A DNA stretch of 55,564 nucleotides from a virus, in the IMG/VR virus record IMGVR_UViG_3300045988_018915, positions 1 through 55,564 of that record. One strand, written 5' to 3'. The notes under the pieces were generated by a model that ran no database searches, was not told the origin of the DNA, and saw nothing but the letters and a program-made list of their open reading frames with translations. The position numbers were made by a program, and so were the translations under genes. Below, in pieces: positions 33,681 to 43,074 of the stretch; within the stretch, counting starts at the first letter, position 1; each line of letters opens with the position of its first letter.

Positions 33681-34368
33681 TTTCTATTGGCATATCCAAT
33701 GTAACTGCAACATCTCTTATGAACTCGTCCGGAATATAGATTCCTGCCTGTACGCATACCGCATATTGCACCTTTGCAATACTAGCAATATCAGAACCTT
33801 GCTTTTCCATTGTCTTTGTCAAAACCTTAAGCAAATTAGCCACGCCGCCATGTGACTGCGGTGTTTTTCTTGCTGATAACCCTCGGATTTCTTGAATATC
33901 TGTTTTCATATTCTCCATGAATTTATTTCTCCTATTGTCGAACCATTTTTCAAACGCATTCCACAGTTCTAAGAAACAGTCGGTTTCAAGTATTGCATCC
34001 TCGATGCTAGTGTATCTTTCCGAGAGAAACAGACTTATTATCTGTCTTGCGTGCTTTTCAAAATATAATTCACAACTAGCTTTCAAAAAGTACCGATACC
34101 CGAAACCGCATCTGCCATTAAACCAAGAAAATTGGTACCATGTGTTGCCTTGAAAATACGTGTAGTATTTCGTATCCCACTTGGTAAACATTGGTTCTTC
34201 GCCCTTTCTATGCACCAAACGCATAACACATTTCTTATGAAATACTTCTTCGCACATAGCTTTGAATGTTCCCATGCAGAACCTTTCAGCCCCAAGGTCA
34301 AGCGGTTCTCCTGCTTTCATGTATTTGTCAATGATTTCGATTGCCTTATCGTTTATCTGATAAACCAT
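33652..34368 (-). CDS. hypothetical protein
   Basis: 238-aa ORF. Confidence 0.6.
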   Translation of the reverse strand: MVYQINDKAIEIIDKYMKAGEPLDLGAERFCMGTFKAMCEEVFHKKCVMRLVHRKGEEPMFTKWDTKYYTYFQGNTWYQFSWFNGRCGFGYRYFLKASCELYFEKHARQIISLFLSERYTSIEDAILETDCFLELWNAFEKWFDNRRNKFMENMKTDIQEIRGLSARKTPQSHGGVANLLKVLTKTMEKQGSDIASIAKVQYAVCVQAGIYIPDEFIRDVAVTLDMPIENEESEVAHE

Positions 34369-34369
34369 A

Positions 34370-36367
34370 TTATACCGTTTCCACTTTCAAATCCTTATCC
34401 TTAGTGACCGTCAGCAGAATAAGCTGCGTGTCAACTTTTGGGATATACTCATCGTTGATACTCTCCGCATTATCAAGAACAATCGGAACTCTCATGCCAT
34501 AGAATTTCTGAAAACTATCGCAAATATCAAGCTTCGCTTCAATCTCACGCCCTTTGTTTGCGGTATCTCCAAATACCTTATAGATTCCGGTCTTTTCATC
34601 CGGCACAGTAGGGGTGCAAACTTCCTTGTATTCTCCGTTCTTCTGATAATCGTACAATTTCCACTTCACAATGCTAAAATGAGAATTGATTTCATCAACA
34701 AGCAAATTGTTCTTGCGTTTAGACACCTCGGAAAGCTGATTGAGGATGTTTTCTGCATCAGCCTTGACTTGTGCGTACTCGGTTTGTTTCGCCTGCATTT
34801 CGGAAATCTGTTCGTCAATACGGACATTGTTTTCAGCCTGCGCGATAACATTATTTACTTCATCAAGCTGACTCTTAAATTTTGCTTTATCGGCTTTTGC
34901 GTCCTCAACAACCTTATCTGCGCCCTTGGGTTCTAACTCTGCAATATCAGCAAGCAATTTGTCCTGCTTAGTCTTTAACTTGGCATATTCCGCATTCTGC
35001 GTATAATCAGCACAAGCCGGAATCTTAGAAATCTGTTCATCATATCCTTTGATAATGTCAATTTCTTCCGCTTCATGAAGTTTCAAGGTGTTAATTTTGT
35101 TTTCCAATTCTTTGTTATTCTTTGTCAGATCCTTAATCATTTCAGCACACGAATTTCCATCATCAACAATCATGGCAAGTGTTTTCGCGTGTTCTTCATT
35201 AAATATTTCGATTGCATCTGCCTTTCTCTGCGAAAAATCGGATCTTAAAGACTCTATTTTATCTTCCGGCAATCTTTGTCCGCATAACGAGCAAACCGTT
35301 GTAGATTCGTCAAATATCCACTTAGAATCGTCAAACTTCTTTGCAATTTCATCGTTGTATTTTTTCGCAAGTTCGGCTCTCTTAAGACTCTGTTCGGAAA
35401 TAGTTTTTCTATTTCTCTCAATAGATTCCTGCGATTTTCTGATAGATGAACGAATATCCTCTAACTTCCGTTCGTGGTCGTATTTGTGTTTTCCAATCTC
35501 ACGCTTCTTGCTTGAAAGCTCGTTATTCATGGTCTGTGCGATAGCTGACATTTCAAACTGGCAATGCATTTCTTCGCTGCGCATTTCATCAATATGCACA
35601 TCGGATTTCGCCATTAAATCTTCAAGTGCTTCAATCTTTCTCCCTAAATCGGCTTTTAACAACTCCTGTTCTGCAACATCAACGTCAACCTTGGCTTTCT
35701 CCAACCCGATAATCTGATTCGGAATAGCATCTAACTGCTCGACAGCCTTTTTCTTGGAAGCCTTGTTCATAGCTTCAATCTCCTCAAATTTGTAGGATTC
35801 AAGAAGCTTTGCTACTTCCGCGGTTTCTTTACTCATCTGTGCAATTTCTAAATCAGATTTAGAAATCGACATAGCAAACAGATGCTCTCGCATTTCATCC
35901 TGCTTCTTTTTCTGATTCAAGTCTTTCGTAAACACATCTGGATGCGAACAAACAAGAAACTTATCGAAATCAAATCCAAGTTCTTCCATATACGCCACAA
36001 AATCGCGGTTTGTCTTAGGAACACTGTTGATCTCATAGGAATTCGACAATGTAACCTTTGAAACACCGCTCTCGTCCGGCTTTCCGGCTTTCTGCTTCTG
36101 CATTTTGGAAATAACAACCTCTTTGCCATCAATATCAAGTGTTGCGGTAACAGTAGGTACGCACTCTCTGCCATCATCCGGTCTGATATTAGGATTGCTA
36201 TTTAACTCATATCCTTTGTCCGAGAATAACCAAAAGATTGCAGTACCGATAGTTGTCTTGCCAAGTCGATTCATGCCGTTAATTCGTGTAATATCGCCAA
36301 AATCATAGGTCTTGTCAACTACGCTTTTGAAATCTTCAAGCCGTAGTGTTTTTAGAATCATTTTCAT
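34370..36367 (-). CDS. SMC/RecF/SbcC-like AAA ATPase
   Basis: Start at MKMILKTLRLEDFKS. Walker A NGMNRLGKTT, a long coiled-coil middle, and a C-terminal PIVLDNAES Walker B-like motif. Confidence 0.75.
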   Translation of the reverse strand: MKMILKTLRLEDFKSVVDKTYDFGDITRINGMNRLGKTTIGTAIFWLFSDKGYELNSNPNIRPDDGRECVPTVTATLDIDGKEVVISKMQKQKAGKPDESGVSKVTLSNSYEINSVPKTNRDFVAYMEELGFDFDKFLVCSHPDVFTKDLNQKKKQDEMREHLFAMSISKSDLEIAQMSKETAEVAKLLESYKFEEIEAMNKASKKKAVEQLDAIPNQIIGLEKAKVDVDVAEQELLKADLGRKIEALEDLMAKSDVHIDEMRSEEMHCQFEMSAIAQTMNNELSSKKREIGKHKYDHERKLEDIRSSIRKSQESIERNRKTISEQSLKRAELAKKYNDEIAKKFDDSKWIFDESTTVCSLCGQRLPEDKIESLRSDFSQRKADAIEIFNEEHAKTLAMIVDDGNSCAEMIKDLTKNNKELENKINTLKLHEAEEIDIIKGYDEQISKIPACADYTQNAEYAKLKTKQDKLLADIAELEPKGADKVVEDAKADKAKFKSQLDEVNNVIAQAENNVRIDEQISEMQAKQTEYAQVKADAENILNQLSEVSKRKNNLLVDEINSHFSIVKWKLYDYQKNGEYKEVCTPTVPDEKTGIYKVFGDTANKGREIEAKLDICDSFQKFYGMRVPIVLDNAESINDEYIPKVDTQLILLTVTKDKDLKVETV

Positions 36368-36983
36368 TTTCTTCCCCTTTCTCAACCTTCTCAAAGCTTG
36401 TAATAGATACCTCATAAACGGTATTCACTGACGTTCCACCATCTTCAAGCCTTTTCTTGTAAATCCTGCTCTGCAGTCTGCCGTTAACACGAACTTTATC
36501 GCCGATTTCAAGCTTTCTAGCTTCGTGTGCTTGCTCCATCCATGCAATGCACGGAATATAATCCGTTTTGCCGTTAATCCGGTTTGATGCAACAAGGAAA
36601 TCGGTCAGAACATATCCGCTTTTACGTTCCTTAAAATATGGTTCTTTGCACACGCATCCTTCGATTGTTACTGCATTTTCATTGCCAATCTCAACAACAT
36701 TAATGTAATCAGCGTAAATGTAATGTATCAAATGATTTTTGTTGCCATAAGTCTTACTGTGCGACCGGAATGATCCGGACAACTCAATGAACTGTCCTTC
36801 GTATTCGCCATTCGGATTAAACACATCTTCCGTAAAACAAACCGGAATAATATCGCTCGTTCCGCTCTTTCTAAGGAATCGAACCATCATCGTATAATGT
36901 GGAATTCCTTGTGTTGTGTGGGAATATTTCGGATCTTCTACGATTTTTCCGGAATATACCACACCGTTTCTATCTTTTCCCAT
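36336..36983 (-). CDS. ssb: single-stranded DNA-binding protein (tandem OB-fold)
   Basis: 215 aa. OB-like repeats and an acidic tail; position within the replication module. Confidence 0.6.
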   Translation of the reverse strand: MGKDRNGVVYSGKIVEDPKYSHTTQGIPHYTMMVRFLRKSGTSDIIPVCFTEDVFNPNGEYEGQFIELSGSFRSHSKTYGNKNHLIHYIYADYINVVEIGNENAVTIEGCVCKEPYFKERKSGYVLTDFLVASNRINGKTDYIPCIAWMEQAHEARKLEIGDKVRVNGRLQSRIYKKRLEDGGTSVNTVYEVSITSFEKVEKGEENENDSKNTTA

Positions 36984-37133
36984 CTCTAGTGCCCTTTCTC
37001 TTTCTGCAAATCAAACTTCTTAATCTCCCGATCAAGAATCGTTTCAAAACTTTCCTGCTTGTCGTTCGTTTTCTTCTTTCCGCCAAGCATCGATACCAAT
37101 GCTCGCTTTTCGTAATCATTACAACAAACACCA

Positions 37134-37664
37134 CTAATAATCATGTTTACCATGCGCATCTTCTAATTCTGCCGCCCTTTCCATTATCGATACTGCGTAA
37201 TTGGAGTATTTGCCGGAATTGTAACGCTCAACCGCACCGCCGTATTCGCCCTCGTTGTAGCACATAAGGACTAAATAAGGATCGCCGTACTTTTCTGCCA
37301 ATTCCGCAATCAAATCCGTTCCGCATAGGATATTTTGGTATGGATCATACAGATCCGTAATTCCAAGTCTATTCATCCGGTCACGATTCCATTTCGGAAT
37401 TACCTGCATCAATCCGGTATCGTCAGAACTGCCATGAGCATTCGGATTGTAATTCGATTCCTGCTCAACGATTGCTTGAATGAGTTCCGGGCAAATGTTG
37501 TATTTACCGCCTATCTCCTCGCAATAGCCGATATAAGTCTCTGTAGCATTTGTGCTATACGGCTTTACAACAAGCATTGTTGCAATCATCGCAAGTGCAA
37601 TTACTCTCTTCAATGGCTTTGACTCTCCTTTCCGCGATTTTTCTGTCAAGTTTACGGCGTTCAT
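37134..37664 (-). CDS. lytic transglycosylase (SLT domain) with a signal peptide
   Basis: IVEQESNYNPNAHGSSDDTGLMQV carries the catalytic E-S and GLMQ motifs. A TTG at 37613 after AAGGAGAG would give MKRVIALAMIATMLVV as the N-terminus. Confidence 0.8.
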   Translation of the reverse strand: MNAVNLTEKSRKGESKPLKRVIALAMIATMLVVKPYSTNATETYIGYCEEIGGKYNICPELIQAIVEQESNYNPNAHGSSDDTGLMQVIPKWNRDRMNRLGITDLYDPYQNILCGTDLIAELAEKYGDPYLVLMCYNEGEYGGAVERYNSGKYSNYAVSIMERAAELEDAHGKHDY

Positions 37665-37821
37665 AATTGATGCGAAGCATTTTGTTTGAGAACACTATCA
37701 GAAGCAATCCTGCGATCCCGATAATTCCAAAGATAAGACCGCGAACATCTTCTGTACCAACACAACAAAACGACAACGAAGCAATCAAAAAGCCTAATTT
37801 TCTTAAAATTCTGTAAACCAT
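37555..37821 (-). CDS. two-TM membrane protein with a Cys-rich tail
   Basis: GGAGAACAAT-ATG. It overlaps the 5' end of the SLT gene, so the 3' part is uncertain. Confidence 0.4.
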   Translation of the reverse strand: MVYRILRKLGFLIASLSFCCVGTEDVRGLIFGIIGIAGLLLIVFSNKMLRINYERRKLDRKIAERRVKAIEESNCTCDDCNNACCKAV

Positions 37822-37846
37822 ATTGTTCTCCTTTAAAATAAGGAAG

Positions 37847-38563
37847 TTATTGTGCAAAACTCATCTGCGCGTTTACATCTGCAATCTGCTCTCGCAAGAA
37901 CACCGGTGCAACGTAGCAATCAATGAATTCGTGCACATCTGCGATATACTTGCGCTTAATACTCTTGTAGGATGAAACACATCCATACTCGCGCTTAAGC
38001 TGGCAATAAATATCTGAGTACACTAAGCTTCGTATGCTTCTATCGTGGTAAGCTTCGCTTTTCTTACCGCCAAGAATATCAACGCCCCTGCGCTTAACGT
38101 GCTTCTGAATCTCGTCAATCTCGCATCCATACAAAGGCATATCGTTTTCAAGGCTATCAATCTTGTCCTCAACCTTTTCAACACGACCGCTCAATTCCTC
38201 GTTGCCCTGCGCAAGTAACTGAATCTTTTCTGCGGTTGTCATAGGCTTTCCGTAGCTTCCGGTCTTTCGGATGGATGGAAGAACTTCTCCGGTTACCCAT
38301 TTACGGAACTTCTTGGCATTCGGCTTGTCGCTACGAAGAATAACCGCGTATAGACCAGACTCGGTAACGAAGTTTGTTTCTCCTTGACGCCCTAGATTTA
38401 ATCTAGTGCGTTCGTCATCATCAAGCCTCTTCGATACATCTGTCGCGTTCTTGATTTCCAATGCCTTGCAAACATCAGCCAAGCAAAACATCGGCTCGCT
38501 ATTTAATACTACAGTTCGGACTTCTCCGAACTCTTCATTATTGAAAATCTGTAATTCGTTCAT
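37847..38563 (-). CDS. BRO-N domain antirepressor
   Basis: ELQIFNNEEFGEVRTV..EPMFCLADVCKALEI...FVTESGLYAVILRSDKPNAKKFRKWVTGEVLPSIRKTG. Confidence 0.85.
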   Translation of the reverse strand: MNELQIFNNEEFGEVRTVVLNSEPMFCLADVCKALEIKNATDVSKRLDDDERTRLNLGRQGETNFVTESGLYAVILRSDKPNAKKFRKWVTGEVLPSIRKTGSYGKPMTTAEKIQLLAQGNEELSGRVEKVEDKIDSLENDMPLYGCEIDEIQKHVKRRGVDILGGKKSEAYHDRSIRSLVYSDIYCQLKREYGCVSSYKSIKRKYIADVHEFIDCYVAPVFLREQIADVNAQMSFAQ

Positions 38564-38619
38564 GTTTCTCCTTTCTGTGGTATAATCCTCTTATCTTTAT
38601 TTAGAAAAGAGGTGAAACT

Positions 38620-38811
38620 ATGGAAAAGAAAATGATTAAATGCAACGGTTTGTCCGAGGAAAGAATAAACGAGATAATATCCGAATATGTAAGTCTTGGT
38701 TGGAAGTACATCGGAATATCAAGCGGATTTCCTGCGGACTATTCATGGATTCATTTAGAATGGTCTAATTCGGAACATCCGATTTATCCCGGCAAAGAAT
38801 CCAGCAGTTAA
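38620..38811 (+). CDS. hypothetical protein
   Basis: 63-aa ORF after GAGGTGAAACT-ATG. Its 3' end overlaps a possible minus-strand mini-ORF. Confidence 0.4.
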   Translation: MEKKMIKCNGLSEERINEIISEYVSLGWKYIGISSGFPADYSWIHLEWSNSEHPIYPGKESSS

Positions 38812-38953
38812 TTTCATCTTCTTCCGGTGAAAACATCACCCAATAGGCTCTTTTTAGCAGATCGTTCTTTTCATCTTCTGTTTTGGCAAGCGCGACACAC
38901 TGAATCGAGCCTATGTTGTTCATGTCGTATGTTTTCAAATGATTTTCTCCTTT

Positions 38954-39136
38954 CTAATTAAGAAGAGAGTCAACAGTTACATTTAAAACCTTTGCAACGG
39001 CGTTAAGGTTTTCTGCACTAGGGCAAGATTCGTTCCATTTGCGGATTGTAGCATTACTAAGTCCTGCTTCTTTCTCGACTCTCATAATGTTTGTTCCCTT
39101 TTCATTGCAAAGCTGCTTGATTTTGTCGTAAAGCAA
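38954..39136 (-). CDS. Cro-like XRE-family HTH regulator
   Basis: 60 aa. MRVEKEAGLSNATIRKWNESCPSAENLNAVAKVLNV. Confidence 0.75.
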   Translation of the reverse strand: MLYDKIKQLCNEKGTNIMRVEKEAGLSNATIRKWNESCPSAENLNAVAKVLNVTVDSLLN

Positions 39137-39162
39137 ATCGCATACCTCCCTTTCTATAGACT

Positions 39163-39328
39163 TAGAAAATATTCTATTGACATAATGTAGATAATATTCT
39201 AAAATAAATTTGCTAAATGAATTTAAGAACAGTCTCTATTTATATTTCGTAGAACATTTTCTAGTTGATAAAGCCATTATATAGAAGATGTTCTAGTTTG
39301 TCAACCCATTTTATAGAAATTGTTCTAG
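39163..39328. promoter_or_regulatory. operator array TAGAA-N5-TTCTAG between divergent cro-like and cI-like genes
   Basis: 15-mers at 39250 (tagaacattttctag), 39282 (tagaagatgttctag) and 39314 (tagaaattgttctag) are exactly 32 bp apart. A variant tagaaaatattctat lies at 39163. Confidence 0.75.
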
Positions 39329-39345
39329 TGAAATGGAGGAAAATT

Positions 39346-39681
39346 ATGACACCGCTAGAAAGAATTAGGTTATTGTGCAAAAAAGCAGGGATTAGCATGA
39401 CTGCCCTAGAAGAAAAGCTGGAATTTAGCAACGGCTCTATATCAAAACCGAAGGATATTCCATCATTGAGAATAATAAAAATTGCTGAATATTTTGGAGT
39501 GAGTGCAGATTGGATATTGACAGGCGAAGAAAACTCCGCATTTTCGGATGAATCGGCTCATCTTATATCTAAAATAAGAAACGATGTGGACTTGGAAAAC
39601 GCCATAAAAAAGATACTTGCCCTTTCAGATAAGAAGAAAAAGCACGTTTTTGAATTGATTGATTTATTGAGCGAGGAATAG
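39346..39681 (+). CDS. cI-like repressor (XRE HTH)
   Basis: GGAGGAAAATT-ATG. TPLERIRLLCKKAGISMTALEEKLEFSNGSISK.... Confidence 0.75.
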   Translation: MTPLERIRLLCKKAGISMTALEEKLEFSNGSISKPKDIPSLRIIKIAEYFGVSADWILTGEENSAFSDESAHLISKIRNDVDLENAIKKILALSDKKKKHVFELIDLLSEE

Positions 39682-39683
39682 TT

Positions 39684-39872
39684 ATGTATAGAAATGTTCG
39701 CGGTTTTTGTGATAAAGAAAATAAGGATGTAAATATCTTAATCGAATGTATACCATATAAAAATACGGAAGGTACTATATACGCAAAAGGCGGGATAAAC
39801 TGCTTAGATAAGGAAATATCCCACCATTGCGTAAGGGAAGATTGCCCTATTTGGGTTCATTATCATCCTTGA
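39684..39872 (+). CDS. hypothetical Cys/His-containing protein
   Basis: 62-aa ORF immediately after the repressor gene. Confidence 0.5.
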   Translation: MYRNVRGFCDKENKDVNILIECIPYKNTEGTIYAKGGINCLDKEISHHCVREDCPIWVHYHP

Positions 39873-40101
39873 ATTTAAAAATGATTTCATTTTCTCCGTC
39901 TTTGCCCTCTAATTGAGTGATAAACGGAGAATCTACCGTCATGTCGATACAGTTCATGTCGATGCTGACAACAGGCATGGACTGCGCTTTCTTTTCAAAT
40001 CGTATGCTACGCACTCCATGCACGACGTGACCATCAATAAGGACTTGACAATAGATGCTATCTTCGTCTATTGTCTTTATTTCAAGCTTTGAATGTTTCA
40101 T
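39847..40101 (-). CDS. hypothetical protein
   Basis: 84-aa ORF; last gene of the late operon. Confidence 0.5.
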   Translation of the reverse strand: MKHSKLEIKTIDEDSIYCQVLIDGHVVHGVRSIRFEKKAQSMPVVSIDMNCIDMTVDSPFITQLEGKDGENEIIFKFKDDNEPK

Positions 40102-40289
40102 TTCTCAATCTCCTTCACAATGTCAGAAATTATTATGTAGATATAACGCAAAATTCTTGAATCATCGATTTTATCAAGTAATTCGATTATCATCTTTTTA
40201 AAGTCCATAACAAACCCCCAATCCTTATACCCTATACAGAACATATGTCGTGTATAGTCAACGATAATTTGAGGGCAAGACCATGCCAA
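40098..40289 (-). CDS. hypothetical small protein (the true start may be 40208)
   Basis: 63-aa ORF with an internal MDFKKMIIELL start. Confidence 0.3.
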   Translation of the reverse strand: MAWSCPQIIVDYTRHMFCIGYKDWGFVMDFKKMIIELLDKIDDSRILRYIYIIISDIVKEIEK

Positions 40290-40377
40290 GCCTTACCCCC
40301 ACCAGAACTTGAAGCCGTCCTTTCGGACAAGTAAATGATACTATGGTAAACGGATGAAATATGGAAATTATTGTCGA

Positions 40378-40527
40378 TTACTCGTCAGCTTTTGTAACAG
40401 TTCCATCCTCATTCAAAACATATCCTTCGCTCACAAGTTCTTCCTTAACCTTATCCTGCCATAATTTAGGCACGTCAGTCCATTTTTTCAGACCGTTCTT
40501 TACACGATATACATAGAAATTTACCAT
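40378..40527 (-). CDS. XkdX-like small tail-region protein (49 aa)
   Basis: My own translation MVNFYVYRVKNGLKKWTDVPKLWQDKVKEELVSEGYVLNEDGTVTKADE. Confidence 0.5.
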   Translation of the reverse strand: MVNFYVYRVKNGLKKWTDVPKLWQDKVKEELVSEGYVLNEDGTVTKADE

Positions 40528-40528
40528 A

Positions 40529-40912
40529 CTACTTTACCTCCATTTCTGCCGCCATTGTTGCTAATTCTTCAATTGCTCCAGCGTTTACTTCATACCCTGC
40601 CTTCAATTCGTCGATGGCTTTCTCAACCTCTGTTTTCGTATGAAGCATTACTGTTACGGTATATGTACCATTTTCTTTCCCGTCCTCTCCCACGTTTGGA
40701 TTGTAAGAAAACCCATCGGATTTAAGGTCTGTGTATTCTCCGGACACTTCCCCGTTGTGGGTAAAAGTTACTTTTGAAATGTTCTCAGCGTTGAACTTGT
40801 CTGTGATGGTCTTGACTTCATCGAAGTTTTTTGCCTGGATCTGAATATTACCGAGACTCGCACCATCTGCGATCTCGAACTCTGTTTTGTTTTTCAAAAT
40901 AATTTTGTCCAT
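40529..40912 (-). CDS. XkdW-like protein
   Basis: 127 aa. Position is after the fibre genes and before the XkdX-like gene. Confidence 0.45.
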   Translation of the reverse strand: MDKIILKNKTEFEIADGASLGNIQIQAKNFDEVKTITDKFNAENISKVTFTHNGEVSGEYTDLKSDGFSYNPNVGEDGKENGTYTVTVMLHTKTEVEKAIDELKAGYEVNAGAIEELATMAAEMEVK

Positions 40913-40955
40913 GATTTTTATTCCTTTCTATATATATTTATTTACGAGTTACTAA

Positions 40956-41210
40956 ACTAATTTAAACGGCAGTTTAAATCACTTTAAAATATTTGCTCTT
41001 GATCGTTTCGACCTACTTGATGATGAACTAACTGGCTATAATAATATTTGCTATTTGGCGATTACAAATGATGGTAGCGGGTTATTTTTGGGGCATAAAA
41101 GCTATAGCAGATATCAACGGCAATTGCGAATAACATACTGGGACAATAAAATATATAGTAGGTGCAAAAATAATTCTACTGAATGGAGCGAATGGGTAAC
41201 AATTACTTAA
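40956..41210 (+). other. alternative tail-fibre C-terminal cassette with no start codon, inverted relative to the fibre gene
   Basis: Open frame TNLNGSLNHFKIFALDRFDLLDDELTGYNNICYLAITNDGSGLFLGHKSYSRYQRQLRITYWDNKIYSRCKNNSTEWSEWVTIT* has no ATG or RBS. It is convergent with the fibre gene stop at 41232. Confidence 0.55.
40960..40978 (+). repeat. inverted repeat, left copy (candidate recombination site)
   Basis: ATTTAAACGGCAGTTTAAA. It is itself near-palindromic: TTTAAAC-GGCA-GTTTAAA. Confidence 0.75.
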
Positions 41211-41231
41211 TGCATTTATGATAAACCATAT

Positions 41232-42314
41232 TTATATATTGTCTGCAAGCTCATCACTGCGAACAATTACTTCCCCATCAGCAGTTTCGGGAACTAGATG
41301 AATCTCAACGTGTTCAGCTGATTGTATTTCGGGATTAAATGGAATAAATGATAATATTTCGGTTGCATTTATAATTGCAACAGAATACACATCAAGAAAT
41401 ATTATATTACCATTTCTTACAATCCGAACCTTTTTTAATACGCTTGAATTGTATCCAGTAACAGATATTCTTGCAGAATCATTGTATATTAAATAGAAAT
41501 CTATTTTATGAAAACAACCTAGTGCATTTGAAAACGATTGTCGAATTAGTGTTTCTATCAATATGTAAGAAGAACCCTTTGCTGCCGTGTCTGATTTACA
41601 GGTTATCTTTGCAAATCTGTACCAGCCGGCGCCTTCTTTTCCAATAGCTTTTTCTGAATACAATCGAATTGCTCCTGATGGATTCAATGCATTTATATCA
41701 TTTTTAGTAGCTACATTTTTTAACCTGCCGTTTAAATCACTTATCTGCTTTGCAAGTGATCCATCAATATTGGGGTTCGCCTGCCTTGCATCCAGGGCAT
41801 ATCCTTCTGCCGTTGTTATCTGGTTGTTTACTACATTCGCCGCCGGAAACGCTCCATTGATGGCATCCTTTAAGGTATCTGCCAACTTGATTACATTGTT
41901 GACCTGGTCCATCGTAAGCGTTGTACCATCAATGTTGACTTGAAGTTTTCCATCCTCTCCAATCGAAAGACCCTGTCCTGTTTCAACGCTCGGTTTGATT
42001 TCTGTGCCGTTGTATGTAAGTGAGCCATCTTTTGATTCTCCAAGTTTCGCAGCTACATCGCCGTCAATGCCATCAAGTTTCTTCTTATCTTCTTTCGGCA
42101 TCAAACCATCTTCGGTATCTGTTGCCACATTAACGACACTGCCAGAAATCGATTTCGACCAATATTCTGTATTTGTCGTTGCCGTTCCTGCCGAAACGTC
42201 TTTCTTCGCAAAATAAAGCGTATTATTGTGTGTTACTGCATCCAATCTCTTATATGCAGTTTGTGCATTCCACTCGCCCTTAGGTACGATTGCTACTCTA
42301 CCTGCTACTGCCAT
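41232..42314 (-). CDS. tail fibre / receptor-binding protein
   Basis: 360 aa. N-terminus AGRVAIVPKGEWNAQTAYKRLDAVTHNNTLYFAKKD is typical of fibre proteins. Located in the distal tail module. Confidence 0.7.
   Translation of the reverse strand: MAVAGRVAIVPKGEWNAQTAYKRLDAVTHNNTLYFAKKDVSAGTATTNTEYWSKSISGSVVNVATDTEDGLMPKEDKKKLDGIDGDVAAKLGESKDGSLTYNGTEIKPSVETGQGLSIGEDGKLQVNIDGTTLTMDQVNNVIKLADTLKDAINGAFPAANVVNNQITTAEGYALDARQANPNIDGSLAKQISDLNGRLKNVATKNDINALNPSGAIRLYSEKAIGKEGAGWYRFAKITCKSDTAAKGSSYILIETLIRQSFSNALGCFHKIDFYLIYNDSARISVTGYNSSVLKKVRIVRNGNIIFLDVYSVAIINATEILSFIPFNPEIQSAEHVEIHLVPETADGEVIVRSDELADNI
41719..41737 (-). repeat. inverted repeat, right copy, inside the fibre gene at codons D193-L198
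   Basis: Minus strand ATTTAAACGGCAGGTTAAA. 13/13 identity, then 5/6 identity, with the left copy, in the same codon phase (TTA AAC GGC AG.). Confidence 0.75.
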
Positions 42315-42315
42315 A

Positions 42316-43074
42316 TTAAGCCACCTCCCAATTCAAATTTCCATCATCATCAACTGTAAAACTATCAGCCGTGTTATCCGTGTAGATTAACTCTCCGTCC
42401 TCATTCACATCAAAAGTGGCAAGGTTTAGTTTCTTGTCAAGATTATCACTGTACCCCTTGGCTTTTTCTGCATATTCATTTGCAGAATTCGCATAACCTT
42501 TTGATAAATTTGCCTGCGACTCAGAATCCTTTGCGGACTTGTCAGCCGAAACTGCTGACGATGCCGCTTTCGCTGATTCAACCTTAATGTCTGCTAAGTA
42601 GTCCGGTCTCAATTTATCCTCGGTAATCGAACCGTTCTTAATTGAGAATGAATAGGTCTTATTGACACCCTCTCCGCTTACCGATACTGCGATTTCGTCT
42701 GAATCCTCAAATGTAAGAATCGGAATCATCGCACCGATATTTGCCGTAAACTTCGTGCCATCATCGGTTGTCATGGTCAGAATACCATCATCGGATAAAG
42801 CGAATGATACCGGAATCTTTTCAATGTTAAGGTCGAACAGAATCTTTTCTCCGCTCAACTTTGTGATAGTGATTATTCCGGTATTTTCATCGATCTCCCA
42901 ATCCTTAATCAATGAATTGGCTGTTATCGCATCAAACTTAGTTGCGTCCATAGCAACGACACGATCATCAATCGCATCTAAGCCGGAATCCATTCTGTTA
43001 AGATTCGTTTCGTTTACTGCCGTTTCTTCGCTTGGAAAGTTTTTCCAATTTATGCGACTATAAATCTTCTGCAT
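42316..43074 (-). CDS. tail fibre-associated / baseplate upper protein-like
   Basis: 252 aa. INWKNFPSEETAVNETNLNRMDSGLDAIDDRV is an N-terminal motif common in Firmicutes phage fibre proteins. Confidence 0.6.
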   Translation of the reverse strand: MQKIYSRINWKNFPSEETAVNETNLNRMDSGLDAIDDRVVAMDATKFDAITANSLIKDWEIDENTGIITITKLSGEKILFDLNIEKIPVSFALSDDGILTMTTDDGTKFTANIGAMIPILTFEDSDEIAVSVSGEGVNKTYSFSIKNGSITEDKLRPDYLADIKVESAKAASSAVSADKSAKDSESQANLSKGYANSANEYAEKAKGYSDNLDKKLNLATFDVNEDGELIYTDNTADSFTVDDDGNLNWEVA

